Positions 1-11,104 are shown, numbered from the stretch's first letter. The stretch is 59,306 nt of DNA from Coleofasciculus chthonoplastes F2-STO-03 (GCA_040222015.1 JAVJWO010000173.1:1-59306); one strand, 5' to 3'. Made by a program: numbers and translations. Notes: generated by a model from the letters alone, not told the origin.

Positions 1-120
<120 letters not shown>

Positions 121-325
121 AGAGTGTTTTTTTCTAGGCTCTGAAACATCACCTATTAATAGGTAATGTTTCCAAGTTATCCTTATTAGTTGAGAGAGTC
201 TCAGTTTCCTGATTCCCCTCGAAGTTTTTTGACAAGGAGTTTTGTATGCTTGGCTTTCAAACTATTGATTTGTCTTGGTTCGGACGCTTGGGTTGGGAGT
301 GAACTCCGTTTCAAGCGCATTTACC

Positions 326-354
326 AATGTAGTGCCTCTTTCTGGAGTTGTCAA
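326..354 (-). promoter_or_regulatory. sigma70-type rRNA operon promoter
   Basis: Minus strand TTGACA (354-349), 17 nt spacer, TACATT (331-326), about 200 nt upstream of the 16S 5' end. Confidence 0.8.
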
Positions 355-652
355 CCTTTTGCGGGATTTTTTTTTGAGGGAAGGCTGAAAATCCCTCGAA
401 TTAAGGGATTTAGCCGACTAATTTTTTTTTGCTCTACTCCTTTACTCAGAGAGTACCTTCCAGCAAACCACTCAGGCACTATGTCGATCGCACTATCCTG
501 TTACACTCAAGTAACCAATCACCTGCCTACCCTCAGACAAACACACTCAACTCCCCCGCGCTCGCTTAACGCACGAACCAGGTATCCAGCCACGACAATC
601 GAGCAAGATGCCAAAATGTAGTGATAGATTTTGACAAAAATGTGGAGGTTGT

Positions 653-1546
653 GTGAATTTTCAGTCTGTAATTGCTACGTTACACCAGTTCTGGAGCGAT
701 CGCGGTTGCCTGATTGCTCAACCCTATGACATCGAAAAAGGTGCAGGAACCAAGAACCCACAAACGTTTCTCAGATCCATTGGCGATGAACCTTGGTCAG
801 TAGCGTATGTAGAACCTTGCCGACGACCAACCGATGGACGCTACGGGGAAAATCCAAATCGCTTCCAACACTACTATCAGTATCAAGTCCTGATTAAACC
901 CTCACCCAACACGATTCAAGAAATTTATCTGGATTCCCTCCGGGCTTTGGGCATTCATCCTGAAGATCATGATATTCGCTTTGTCGAGGATAACTGGGAA
1001 GATGCCACTGTCGGAGCCTGGGGAACCGGTTGGGAAGTTTGGCTCGATGGAATGGAAATTACCCAATTTACCTACTTCCAGCAGTGCGGTGGCGTAGACT
1101 GTCGCCCAGTTTCCATCGAAATTACCTATGGGTTAGAACGAATCTCCATGTATCTACAAAGAGTCGATGCGATGACCAAAATTCAGTGGAATGACCACCT
1201 TAACTACGGCGATGTTCACCTCCAAGGTGAAATAGAGCAATGTACCTATAATTTTGAAGCCTCTAACCCCGACTTATTATTGACACTGTTTGGTTTGTAC
1301 GAACAAGAAGCCAAGCAACTCATTGACAAAAGCCTCGTCTTACCCAGTCTTGACTATGTTCTCAAATGTTCTCATACATTCAATTTGCTGGATGCCAGAG
1401 GGGTAATTTCGGTGACGGAACGGACACGCTATATTGGCAGAATTCGCAACTTAGCAAGGCGAGTGGCACAACTTTACTTACAGCAACGAGAAGGATTGGG
1501 ATTTCCGCTCAAGTCATCACCCCCCTCTCAAAAGCTATCGGTTTAG
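653..1546 (+). CDS. glyQ: Glycine--tRNA ligase alpha subunit
   Basis: [39 protein letters not shown] and [13 protein letters not shown] motifs. Confidence 0.97.
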   Translation: MNFQSVIATLHQFWSDRGCLIAQPYDIEKGAGTKNPQTFLRSIGDEPWSVAYVEPCRRPTDGRYGENPNRFQHYYQYQVLIKPSPNTIQEIYLDSLRALGIHPEDHDIRFVEDNWEDATVGAWGTGWEVWLDGMEITQFTYFQQCGGVDCRPVSIEITYGLERISMYLQRVDAMTKIQWNDHLNYGDVHLQGEIEQCTYNFEASNPDLLLTLFGLYEQEAKQLIDKSLVLPSLDYVLKCSHTFNLLDARGVISVTERTRYIGRIRNLARRVAQLYLQQREGLGFPLKSSPPSQKLSV

Positions 1547-1625
1547 GGTTGGCGACTGAATACCTTCGTTGTGCTTGTTGTTTCTTTCATACCGTTTTGG
1601 TTTGGAAACCCGGTTTAGCTATCCG

Positions 1626-3977
1626 ATGAATCTTGCCAGTGGTTCCCTACTGAGTGTGGCTTATATTCTTGCCCTATTGTCTACAGCCCTTGTTGGCTTG
1701 CCTACTCGTACTGTTATCTGGCAAGAGTATAGTCTTTTAATCCTGAGTGTAATCGGCATCGGCATAATTTGTGCGATCGCGCTTCCTCGAATTTGGCGCA
1801 CTGGACCTAGACCTAGATTATGGCTGATGGCTAGCCTAGTTGCGGTTATTGCCCTTCTCTATGTGCAACTGCGCTTACCTCAACCTGCATCCAATGACAT
1901 TAGTCAATTTGTTGCGTCTAGACAAGGTACGATGCAAGGGCAGGTTGTGACCATTCAAGGTGAAGTGGAAACCGTTCCGCGACTCACCCGATCACAGAAG
2001 GGACAATTTTGGTTAGAAGCTACCCAACTCACTGAACTGGAAAGTAATGAAAATCGCGGCACAACGACGCGAGGTGTCACCGGGAAGTTATATGTAACGG
2101 TTCCTTTATTGCAATCCACGGGTCTTTTCCCGGGTCAAACTATTTCCGTTACGGGAGTTTTATACAAACCCAAACCTGCCGCTAATCCTGACGGCTTTGA
2201 TTTTGCCACCTATTTAGCCAAGGAAGGCGCGTTTGCTGGCTTAAGTGGGCGACAAGTCAGTTTTCCCGATGAAAATCAAGAACCAAGCTGGGGATGGTGG
2301 ATGTTACGCCAACGTATTATCCATGCCCAAGTTCGTCAGCTAGGGAGTCCAACGGGTCCCCTTTTGAGTTCTATTGTGTTGGGACGCAAAGCCGTCGATT
2401 TACCTTATGATATTCGCGACCTATTTATTCAAACTGGATTCGCTCATGTCTTGGCAGCGTCTGGGTTTCATGTATCATTAATTTTGGGTTCGGTATTAGC
2501 GTTAACGAAACGGTTGGGAACAAAAACGCAATTCGGGATTGGACTAACGGCGTTACTGATTTATGTTGGCTTAACGGGTTTACAACCATCAGTTCTGCGA
2601 GCTGCGATTATGGGAGTAGGCGCATTAGTGGCGCTGCTGACTCATCGACAAGTTAAACCCTTGGGTTCTCTATTACTCGCCGCAACGATTTTATTGATTA
2701 TCAATCCGTTGTGGATTTGGGATTTAGGCTTTCAGTTAAGCTTTTTAGCCACTTTGGGATTGCTAGTAACCGTACCTCCCTTAGTTAAGCACCTCGACTG
2801 GTTACCTTCAGTTATTGCCGCTTTGATCGCCGTTCCCTTAGCCGCACTGTTGTGGACATTACCCTTACAACTGTATGTTTTCGGCATGATTGCCCCCTAC
2901 AGTGTGGTTGCCAATATTATCGGCACACCCTTGATTAGTTTAATTAGCTTGGGGGGTTTTCTGAGTGCTTTGGTTGCGTTAATTTCACCCCCAGCAGGTA
3001 GTGCGATCGCGGGATTGTTGTACTATCCTCTTCAAGGCTTGCTGGAACTGGTGCGATTTTTTAATACTTTACCCGGTAGTTCAGTCGCCCTCGGCACGAT
3101 TTCCCTGACGCAGTTATTTCTACTGTATGGGTTAATTGTTATCACTTGTATGAGTTCTCGCGTACAGTTACGAGGAGTATTCGCAGGTGTAATTGCTTTA
3201 ATGATCGTTGTTTTACCCATTTGGCAATCGAGGCTGGAACAGTTTCAAGTTACTCTCTTAGCGGCTGATCAAGAACAGATTTTGGTGATTCAGGATCAGG
3301 GTCAAGTGACGCTTGTCAATAGCGGGGAAACTGATACCGCCACCTTTACCATCCTGCCTTTTTTGCAAAAGCAAGGGGTTAATCAGGTGGATTGGGCAGT
3401 TGCTGTTGATTCACAACCTCGTTTTCGGAGTGGTTGGGTGCCAATATTGGAAAGTTTGCCCGTTAAGCGGTTTTATGACTTAGCTCATTCAGAACCGTTA
3501 CCCACTGATACACAGGCGATCGCAGAAGCTGTTCAATCCCAAAATGGAATTTATGAAGTCGTGTCAACGGAACAACGTTTAGCAGTTGGTGCTACGGGTT
3601 CTGGAGAAAAAACGACGCTCGAATTAATCAAGGCTCAACCCCCTATCGTACAGCTTCAAATTAAGGATCAAACCTGGTTACTCTTGGGAGATATGTCACC
3701 CGATGAGCAAAACCAATTCGCCCAAAGGGGTAATCTCCCTCAAATTCAAGTGCTATGGTGGTCTGGTGAACCTCTCACGCCTCAATTGGTAGACGTACTC
3801 CAACCTGACGTTGCGATCGCATCGGCGGAAGTCATCGAACCCCAAGCCGCCAAACTCCTACAAAATGCTCAGATTGAATTGTACTGGACAGGTCGTGATG
3901 GGGCGATTCAGTGGACACCTGAACAGGGCTTTGAAACTACCTTGGAGGCTAACCGTACTGATGCGGCGCTTTTTTGA
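1626..3977 (+). CDS. comEC: ComEC/Rec2 family competence (DNA uptake channel) protein
   Basis: NPDGFDF..YL, G.AHVLAASGFHV, PSVLRAAIM and DLGFQLSFLAT motifs, many TM segments and a degenerate MBL-like C-terminus. ATG at 1626 is preferred over the track start at 1569. Confidence 0.93.
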   Translation: MNLASGSLLSVAYILALLSTALVGLPTRTVIWQEYSLLILSVIGIGIICAIALPRIWRTGPRPRLWLMASLVAVIALLYVQLRLPQPASNDISQFVASRQGTMQGQVVTIQGEVETVPRLTRSQKGQFWLEATQLTELESNENRGTTTRGVTGKLYVTVPLLQSTGLFPGQTISVTGVLYKPKPAANPDGFDFATYLAKEGAFAGLSGRQVSFPDENQEPSWGWWMLRQRIIHAQVRQLGSPTGPLLSSIVLGRKAVDLPYDIRDLFIQTGFAHVLAASGFHVSLILGSVLALTKRLGTKTQFGIGLTALLIYVGLTGLQPSVLRAAIMGVGALVALLTHRQVKPLGSLLLAATILLIINPLWIWDLGFQLSFLATLGLLVTVPPLVKHLDWLPSVIAALIAVPLAALLWTLPLQLYVFGMIAPYSVVANIIGTPLISLISLGGFLSALVALISPPAGSAIAGLLYYPLQGLLELVRFFNTLPGSSVALGTISLTQLFLLYGLIVITCMSSRVQLRGVFAGVIALMIVVLPIWQSRLEQFQVTLLAADQEQILVIQDQGQVTLVNSGETDTATFTILPFLQKQGVNQVDWAVAVDSQPRFRSGWVPILESLPVKRFYDLAHSEPLPTDTQAIAEAVQSQNGIYEVVSTEQRLAVGATGSGEKTTLELIKAQPPIVQLQIKDQTWLLLGDMSPDEQNQFAQRGNLPQIQVLWWSGEPLTPQLVDVLQPDVAIASAEVIEPQAAKLLQNAQIELYWTGRDGAIQWTPEQGFETTLEANRTDAALF

Positions 3978-4044
3978 ACCGTTGAGACGCTTTTGAGATG
4001 CTACTCAGTAACAATGAGTGCTACTATCATAAGAACAAAGACCT

Positions 4045-4131
4045 GGAGAGGTGGCAGAGCGGTTGAATGCGGCAGACTCGAAATCTGTTATGGTGTCACA
4101 ACCATCGGGGGTTCGAATCCCCCCCTCTCCG
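4045..4131 (+). tRNA. tRNA-Ser(CGA)
   Basis: GGAGAGG/CCTCTCC acceptor stem with G discriminator, anticodon arm GCAGA-CT-CGA-AA-TCTGT, long variable arm, GGTTCGAATCC T-loop. CCA is not encoded. Confidence 0.95.
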
Positions 4132-4337
4132 TTGAACGTCAACCTAAATTTAGGATTATACCTTGACAGATTGAGCTACTTGTGATTTAGCTTTAAACGG
4201 AAGTTCCCCCAGATTTTTCCTTAGCTGTTTCTGCCCGTTGCCAAAAGGTGTCATCCTTCATGTAAAAACTATAATCCCAAATTCGAGCGATGATAGATAA
4301 TTAAGAGAATCAGGGACAACTAGCCACCAGGACAGCC

Positions 4338-6401
4338 ATGACCCAACGCCACTGGCTCGATATTACCGAATATGTTTGTATCGGGGGTTCATTTTTGGGA
4401 ACCGCGATCGCAGCCGCTACTCAGCAAGTCGTCTACGCCGCTACCCCCTTAACCTTTACTCTGGGGGTAAATGTCCTGAATCGCCAACGGCTGCATCAAC
4501 TCAACCGCCAGCACCAGGATACTGCGATCGCGCAGGTGTATCAAAATCTAGAACCGATTCACGAGCAATTCTCTCAACTGGATATCCAGACTCAGGAGCG
4601 TATCGATCACCTTAAGGACATTAATGCTCAACAGTATAAGACGACGATCGCGAAAATTCATCAGCTAATCGAACCCCTGAATCAACAACTGATTCAATTG
4701 GATAGCCGCAGCCAAGAACAACTGGAACAATTCAATAGCGCGAATCAGCAACAACACGCGGAAATTATCGCCCACATCTATCAACTCATCCATCCTCTGC
4801 AGCTGCATCTGACTCAACTCGACGAGACAACCCAACAGCGCGATCGCCAAACCCAAACCCAACTGGATCAATTACACGCATTACAACACTTGCAAGCCGA
4901 AGGAATTCTGGCTTATATTAACCCCCTCATCGACACCCTCAACCAGGAACTAATTCGCCTGGATAGCCAAACTCAACAGCGATTTGCTGAATTTAACGCC
5001 GCCAACCAGCAACAGCATGATGCGATTATTGCCGAAGTTCAGCAACAGCTTGAGCCCCTGAAAACTCAACTCGACACGTTAACGCCACAGGTTACTAATC
5101 AAGGATTACAGCTTGGACAACTAAAAGACGCGATCGCGAAATGGTATGACTATCTTGAACCCCTGAACCAGCAAGTCTCTCACCTGGAAACCAACGCGCA
5201 ACAGGTCAATTCCCAGCGACACCAACAGATTGAACAACTTAAGGAGACAATTGTTCAACTTCAAACGACAATCTATAAACTGCAAGATATTAAAGACAAA
5301 AATCGATTACCCTCACCGCCCCAAAACGCCCCAGAAACACCAGAACCCTCATATCTTTCCCTGGCAATGTTAAGACATGAACTTGACGCCGGACTTCAGG
5401 GAGTGGGCAAAACTATGCATCAGATTGGTAATTCCCTGCAAGATGTATGGACGGGACTAACCACACTGGAAACTCGCACCGAGTCTGGTTTAATTACCCA
5501 AAACTGGCATTGTGTACAAACCTTAACTGCCCATTCGGGTAAAATTAATGCAGTGGCGATTAGTCCCCAGGGAGAGATTTTTGCCAGTGGAAGTGATGAC
5601 CAAAGCCTGCGACTCTGGCAATTAAAAACGGGTCAGGAGATGGGGATTCTGGCTAAAAATTTTGCCTGGTTTAATGGCGTAAAATCAATGGCGTTTAGTC
5701 CCGAGGGGAAACGGCTTGCCTGTGGTAATGATGATTATACGATTAAAGTGTGGGCGTTAGAAACTGGACAGGAACTTTATACTCTCATGGGACATTCAAG
5801 TTCGGTTAAATCAATTGTCTTTAGTCGAGATGGGCAACGTTTAATTAGTGGGAGTGATGATAGAACGATTAAACTGTGGAACCTGGAAATTGGCAAAGAA
5901 ATTCCCCTATCGATTCAGCACTCCGATTGGCTAGGGCGAGTTAACGCCGTGGCGATTAGTCCCAAGGGTCAAATTCTTGCCAGTGGAAGTGATGATAAGA
6001 CGATTAAGGTTTGGGATTTAACCACAGGTCAATTGATGATGACGTTGAGTGGGCATAAAGCGGCGGTTAAGTCACTGGTATTTAGTCCTGATGGCAAAAT
6101 AATTGCCAGTGGCAGTTCGGATCAAATGATTAAGCTTTGGTATTTGGGAACGGGTAAAGAAATGAGTACCTTGTCGGGGAATTTTGGTTCGGTTAATTCA
6201 CTGGCTATGAGTCTAGATGGGAAGGTTCTGGTGAGTGGGAGTTCGGATGAGACGGTTCGGCTTTGGCAGTTAAGTACAGGAAAAATTATTGATATTCTGA
6301 AAGGGCATAACAGTGCGGTGTATTCTGTGGCGATCAGTCCGGATCGCAAGACTGTGGTGAGTGGGAGTTCAGATAAGACGATTATAATTTGGCGGTGTTA
6401 A
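4338..6401 (+). CDS. WD40-repeat protein with N-terminal hydrophobic segment and Gln-rich ~40-aa helical repeats
   Basis: About 7 C-terminal WD40 repeats (GH...V..VAISPDG...ASGS.D.TIK.W); N-terminal half is Q/L-rich and repetitive. Confidence 0.9.
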   Translation: MTQRHWLDITEYVCIGGSFLGTAIAAATQQVVYAATPLTFTLGVNVLNRQRLHQLNRQHQDTAIAQVYQNLEPIHEQFSQLDIQTQERIDHLKDINAQQYKTTIAKIHQLIEPLNQQLIQLDSRSQEQLEQFNSANQQQHAEIIAHIYQLIHPLQLHLTQLDETTQQRDRQTQTQLDQLHALQHLQAEGILAYINPLIDTLNQELIRLDSQTQQRFAEFNAANQQQHDAIIAEVQQQLEPLKTQLDTLTPQVTNQGLQLGQLKDAIAKWYDYLEPLNQQVSHLETNAQQVNSQRHQQIEQLKETIVQLQTTIYKLQDIKDKNRLPSPPQNAPETPEPSYLSLAMLRHELDAGLQGVGKTMHQIGNSLQDVWTGLTTLETRTESGLITQNWHCVQTLTAHSGKINAVAISPQGEIFASGSDDQSLRLWQLKTGQEMGILAKNFAWFNGVKSMAFSPEGKRLACGNDDYTIKVWALETGQELYTLMGHSSSVKSIVFSRDGQRLISGSDDRTIKLWNLEIGKEIPLSIQHSDWLGRVNAVAISPKGQILASGSDDKTIKVWDLTTGQLMMTLSGHKAAVKSLVFSPDGKIIASGSSDQMIKLWYLGTGKEMSTLSGNFGSVNSLAMSLDGKVLVSGSSDETVRLWQLSTGKIIDILKGHNSAVYSVAISPDRKTVVSGSSDKTIIIWRC

Positions 6402-6558
6402 TGATGGGGGTATTGGGATTATATTTTAACGCTCCAGGGACGCGGAGGGAAGCGCAGAGTAACGCAGAGGAATTGGAGGTGTTTGAAGTGAAATGTTATG
6501 AAATTGGAGAAATAATCGGAAATGATATAGCAGGATAGCAGGTGAGTTGAGCGATTAG

Positions 6559-6876
6559 TTATTCATAATGATACCTACACCCTAAAAAATCAATCTGAAG
6601 ATTTTCAACTCGATAGACAAGTCGATGCTCTAGGTCAATGCGCCGTGACCATATATTTGCTTCCATATACTTCAAAGGTTCAGGTTTACCAATTCCAGCA
6701 AAAGGATCTTGCATGACAGCCGTAACTAAATCCAATATTTTTGAGGCTTTCTGAAAATCGTGCTTAAACCACCAGGCTAAATCTTCTTTGAATTGAGAGC
6801 TAAAACCAGTAATTCGAGTAACGACTACTGGTTTACTCTGTTCAGATTCAGATTTCTTTTTCTTTTTCTTGCTCAA
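6559..6876 (-). CDS. yoeB: Txe/YoeB family toxin (type II TA)
   Basis: DPF.GIGKPEPLK, WSRRI..EHRLVY and terminal CRYHY motifs; overlaps the antitoxin 3' end. Start (TTG) is uncertain. Confidence 0.92.
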   Translation of the reverse strand: MSKKKKKKSESEQSKPVVVTRITGFSSQFKEDLAWWFKHDFQKASKILDLVTAVMQDPFAGIGKPEPLKYMEANIWSRRIDLEHRLVYRVENLQIDFLGCRYHYE

Positions 6877-7153
6877 TCCCTAACTCCTGCTCAAGTTCTT
6901 CAATCGTTTGAGGTTTAATTTTTCCGGCTTTAGACTCCTCTATAGCATCCAATAACCGACGAGCATTGGCAGGTGATCTAAATAGATAAACAGTTTCAAC
7001 TAAACTGGTTAAATCAGACTCTGAAATCAAAGCAACATTTTCACCATCACGGCGGTTTATGATATAGATCTGATGATTTTGTACTACCTGTTCTAATAAC
7101 TGAAAAAAGCCATTTCGTGCCTCTGTTGGGGATGTGATTTCGTAGGGAAGCAT
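6848..7153 (-). CDS. yefM: Phd/YefM family antitoxin
   Basis: TEAR..F..L...V, I.RR.GENVALISE and SL.ET.YL.RSPANARRL motifs; directly upstream of yoeB. ATG at 7153 is preferred. Confidence 0.92.
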   Translation of the reverse strand: MLPYEITSPTEARNGFFQLLEQVVQNHQIYIINRRDGENVALISESDLTSLVETVYLFRSPANARRLLDAIEESKAGKIKPQTIEELEQELGIEQEKEKEI

Positions 7154-7160
7154 AAGCTGA

Positions 7161-7187
7161 TGTACATAGTTATGTTCATTTATTATA
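7161..7187 (-). promoter_or_regulatory. yefM-yoeB -10 box and candidate autoregulatory operator
   Basis: TATAAT on the minus strand (7187-7182). TGTACA (7161-7166) and TGTTCA (7173-7178) lie 12 bp apart, like the TGTACA-core YefM operator of E. coli. Confidence 0.65.
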
Positions 7188-7245
7188 AGCAATGCGCCCT
7201 GATCAAGCCAAAATAGAGACGAATACCTCTATATTCCTCTGGCTG

Positions 7246-9207
7246 ATGAGCTATTGTCTCAATCCTCACTGCGATCGCCCCCAAAACCCGGATGGGATGC
7301 GGTTTTGCCAACGTTGTGGTTCTAAGCTGTTGCTGCGAGAACGTTACCGCAGTCTGGGATTGATTGGACAAGGGGGGTTTGGCAAAACGTTTTTAGCGGT
7401 GGATGAGGATAAACCCTCGAAACCTCAATGTGTGATTAAGCAGTTTTTTCCCCTCTACCAGGGGACAAGCGATGTCCGGAAAGCGACAGAATTATTTGAA
7501 CGAGAAGCCGTGCGTCTGGATGAGTTAGGGAAACATTCCCAGATTCCGGAATTGCTGGCTCATTTTACCCAGGATAATCGCCAATATTTAGTTCAAGAAT
7601 TTATTGATGGGCAAAATTTAGCCCAAATCCTGGCAAAGGATGGGGTATTCAACGAACAGCAGATTCGGGAGATGCTGCGAGATTTGCTAGCTATCCTTGA
7701 GTTTATCCACTCGCGTTCTGTGATTCATCGCGATATTAAGCCAGAAAATATTATTCGTCGTCGGCATATTTATACTGGGGAAACGGGGGAAAATGAAGAA
7801 GGTGTGATCAAGGGTAATTTAGTTTTAGTTGATTTTGGTGCGGCTAAACATGCCATTGGTACAGTAAAAACGGGAACGACTGTGGGGACACCGGACTATA
7901 TCGCTCCAGAACAAGCTAAAGGAAAAGCCATTTTTGCCAGCGATTTGTATAGTTTGGGTGTCAGTTGTATTCATTTACTCACCCAGGTAGTTCCTGAACA
8001 ATTGTTTGATACGGGTGAAGATATATGGATATGGCGGCGTTGCTTAAAAACTAATTCGATTAGTGATGAATTAGCCTATATTTTAGATAAACTCCTGAAA
8101 CGAGCCACCAATCACCGTTATCAATCCGTCGCTGAAGTTCTGCGGGATTTAAATCAACTCCCCTCGATTTCGCTAGCTCAACTCCCCACACCATCGCTAT
8201 CGCCCCAATCAATTGCCCTGTCAGCACTTCAGGGAACAGGAAATCAAAGCGCGATCGCATCCACTCCGGCACATCCTCTCATCCTCCAGCCCCCCTCTCA
8301 TCCACCCTTAACCAATTGGCAAGTTGTGCAAACTCTCGATGGACATTGGGGTTCGGTAGAAGCGGTAGCGATTAGTCCCGATGGCTTAATTCTTGCTAGT
8401 GGTAGTGCAGACGCCACGGCGATGTTATGGCAGTTACCAGAAGGGCGAGAGTATCATACTCTAAATGGTCATCTTGAACGAGTCTGTGCTGTCGCTTTCA
8501 CACCCGATAGCCAATGTTTAGCCACAGGAAGTTATGACCAAAGGATCAAACTTTGGCAGGTAGAAAATGGACAAATTATTTTAACCCTAACGGGTCATAA
8601 GAAATGGATTAGTTCCCTCGCCATTAGTCCCGATGGAGAGATATTAGCTAGTGGTAGCAATGATGGCACGATTAAGTTATGGCATATCCAACAGGGTAGG
8701 GAATTACAAACGCTTACAGGACATACCTCCTATATTAATGGAATTGCCATCAGTCCCGATGGAGAAAATATTGCCAGTGTTAGTGGGGATGGAACGGTGA
8801 AATTATGGCATAAGAGTACAGGGGTAGAACAGTATAGTTTTGGTCATAGCCAGTTACGTTTCGGCTTTTTCTATTCCGTCGCTTTTAGTCCCGATGGGCA
8901 ACTTTTGGCTACAGGAAAAAGCGATGGCACAATTACACTATGGCAGTTAGGGGCAAGACGGGAACTTGGTACGCTCAGGGGTCATACTCAACGAGTACGA
9001 ACATTAGCCTTTAGTCCTGATGGATACACCTTAGCCAGTGGTAGTATGGATAAAACGATTAAAATTTGGCAACTGTATGATAGGCAAACCCTTGCTACCT
9101 TGAATGGGCATACTTGGGAAGTGTATGCTGTTGCCTTTAGCCCAGATGGTGAGACACTTGTGAGTGGCGGTATGGATAAAACGATTAAAATTTGGCGTTG
9201 TGATTAA
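7246..9207 (+). CDS. Ser/Thr protein kinase with N-terminal 4-Cys motif and C-terminal WD40 propeller
   Basis: MSYCLNP.C...C..CG prefix; GQGGFGKT, HRDIKPEN, DFG and APE motifs; about 7 WD40 repeats. ATG at 7246 is preferred. Confidence 0.93.
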   Translation: MSYCLNPHCDRPQNPDGMRFCQRCGSKLLLRERYRSLGLIGQGGFGKTFLAVDEDKPSKPQCVIKQFFPLYQGTSDVRKATELFEREAVRLDELGKHSQIPELLAHFTQDNRQYLVQEFIDGQNLAQILAKDGVFNEQQIREMLRDLLAILEFIHSRSVIHRDIKPENIIRRRHIYTGETGENEEGVIKGNLVLVDFGAAKHAIGTVKTGTTVGTPDYIAPEQAKGKAIFASDLYSLGVSCIHLLTQVVPEQLFDTGEDIWIWRRCLKTNSISDELAYILDKLLKRATNHRYQSVAEVLRDLNQLPSISLAQLPTPSLSPQSIALSALQGTGNQSAIASTPAHPLILQPPSHPPLTNWQVVQTLDGHWGSVEAVAISPDGLILASGSADATAMLWQLPEGREYHTLNGHLERVCAVAFTPDSQCLATGSYDQRIKLWQVENGQIILTLTGHKKWISSLAISPDGEILASGSNDGTIKLWHIQQGRELQTLTGHTSYINGIAISPDGENIASVSGDGTVKLWHKSTGVEQYSFGHSQLRFGFFYSVAFSPDGQLLATGKSDGTITLWQLGARRELGTLRGHTQRVRTLAFSPDGYTLASGSMDKTIKIWQLYDRQTLATLNGHTWEVYAVAFSPDGETLVSGGMDKTIKIWRCD

Positions 9208-9244
9208 AACTAACATAAACTGCCAAGTCAATTTCCTGCCTCCT

Positions 9245-11104
9245 CTAAATTAGATCGAACATCTTTAAATATCGTGAAGGTTCTTGCTTACGAATATCTC
9301 CCCAAGGCATTTTCTTGGTTCTCGGATAAGAAAAAACTAGAATCCTTCTCGCACGAGTAGTCGCAACAAACATATTACGCTTCTCTTCCTCTAAACCCTC
9401 ACCTTTTGCCCGATAATCTGGAAACGTTCCCTCAGTCATGCCTACCAAGAATACTACATCGAACTCTAAGCCTTTCGAGGAGTGAACTGTAAGCAATGCC
9501 AAACCTTCTTGCTTGGGTTGCTGAGTGGTTCCCATCGCGACTTGGCTGAGAAACGAAGTAAGACTGTGTTTGCCTCCTGGTTGAGAGCGTAGAAAAATAT
9601 CCCAATGTCTACGCCATAGTTGAGTATCCTCCATAATAAGTGCTCGTTCCTCTTCGTTTTCGATCGTCTGTGCAAATGTATTTAAACTGTCCATCGCTTT
9701 CAAAAACTGACAGTTTCCCTGTTCTGTATATCCCAACTTTTGAATAGCGTTTAACACGATTTCTGGATTAGGATCATTAGATGTGCGTTTGGTTAGAGTT
9801 GTAATCAGTTTCAAACCATCATCCCTATCCGGTAAAGGAATAGCTTGTTCTTCAATTTGCCAACGATTGAGAAGAATACTGAGATGAAAGCGATCGCGAG
9901 GATTCACCAATAGTCGCAAGCAAAGTTGAAAGTCTTTTATAAGATCAGATTCACTTTCATCTTGAGGAGAAAGTTGCTTGTAGTAAGGGATTTGGCGTTG
10001 ACTTAGCTCTTCTTCTACCTCTGACAACACGTACCTAGTACGTCCCAGAATTGTACAGTGTTCCAATGTCAGAGAACCCTCAATATCTGGATGTCCCCGC
10101 TTGATGATATCTTGCAGGTAATTCACCACCAGAATAGCTTCATGTTTCTCGTCATCAGCAACGAGAATATCGATGTCTCCTTGTATTGGTAGAGAACCTT
10201 CTACTCTATAATTTGGATCTAGCTTTTTGGCTGTACGGACAACAGCTTGAGATGAGCGAAAGTTTTCTGTCATCTCAATCCTTTTAGCTTGGAAATCTCG
10301 TTCAAACCCTTCAAGATACTTAGGATCGGCTCCATTCCACCCAAAAATAGCCTGCTTTGGATCTCCAACCATCATAACATTGCGATATTCAGAGCCACAT
10401 AAAGCACAAATGACCTGATATTGTGCTTCATTGAGATCCTGGGCTTCATCAATGCAAATGTATCGATACTGACGACGATAGAAATCAGCAATTTTTGGTC
10501 TTTCTGTCAACAGTTGATAAGTCAGTAAGAGTAAGTCATCAAAATCTACTGTGTTAGAAGAGCGAAGAGCTTGATTGTACGCTTCATAAACCCTTCTATC
10601 CGTGTAGTCTCCGATGGCTTCCGGTGGATACAGATATTTTTTTGACCGTTCAATCGTATTAAACCATTCACTTAACTTTTTTCGTTGTGACTTAGCATCT
10701 CCAGTGGCATACAATTCAAGTTGTAATTTTGGATCATCCATCACCGCTTGGAGTAGAATCTGCCTCCGATCTTGATTAGATTCTAGAAGATTAGGTCTTC
10801 CTTCAATCCCCACAGATTTACCTCTGTTCGCCAATACTTCTAAGCAAAAGCTATGGAGTGTACCGATGAATGTCCGTTGATGGATATCGGGAAATTCAGC
10901 CAGACGCTCCCTCATTTCATTCGCCGCTTTGTTGGTGAATGTCAGTGCCAGTATTCGGAAATGTCCTGTACTTTCTGTCAGAAGTCTGCGAATGCGTTCA
11001 GTTAAGACACGAGTTTTACCAGAGCCTAGACCAGCGATGACAAGCCAGGCTCCATCACCATACTGAACAATCTGTCGTTGAGTTTCTGAAAGATGAATAG
11101 TCAT
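9245..11104 (-). CDS. UvrD/Rep family SF1 helicase, GajB-like
   Basis: AG.GSGKT, LTFTNKAA.EM..R, IDEAQD, VGD.KQAIF, NFRS, TVHSSKGLEFD and VATTRAR motifs; starts 5 nt after the OLD-type nuclease stop. Confidence 0.9.
   Translation of the reverse strand: MTIHLSETQRQIVQYGDGAWLVIAGLGSGKTRVLTERIRRLLTESTGHFRILALTFTNKAANEMRERLAEFPDIHQRTFIGTLHSFCLEVLANRGKSVGIEGRPNLLESNQDRRQILLQAVMDDPKLQLELYATGDAKSQRKKLSEWFNTIERSKKYLYPPEAIGDYTDRRVYEAYNQALRSSNTVDFDDLLLLTYQLLTERPKIADFYRRQYRYICIDEAQDLNEAQYQVICALCGSEYRNVMMVGDPKQAIFGWNGADPKYLEGFERDFQAKRIEMTENFRSSQAVVRTAKKLDPNYRVEGSLPIQGDIDILVADDEKHEAILVVNYLQDIIKRGHPDIEGSLTLEHCTILGRTRYVLSEVEEELSQRQIPYYKQLSPQDESESDLIKDFQLCLRLLVNPRDRFHLSILLNRWQIEEQAIPLPDRDDGLKLITTLTKRTSNDPNPEIVLNAIQKLGYTEQGNCQFLKAMDSLNTFAQTIENEEERALIMEDTQLWRRHWDIFLRSQPGGKHSLTSFLSQVAMGTTQQPKQEGLALLTVHSSKGLEFDVVFLVGMTEGTFPDYRAKGEGLEEEKRNMFVATTRARRILVFSYPRTKKMPWGDIRKQEPSRYLKMFDLI

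Noticed and set aside
190..621. 143-aa ORF
   Set aside because: Lies antisense across the rRNA leader and promoter and has no recognisable motifs.
4110..4131. att-site duplication of the tRNA-Ser 3' end
   Set aside because: No second copy was noticed in the window and there is no integrase.
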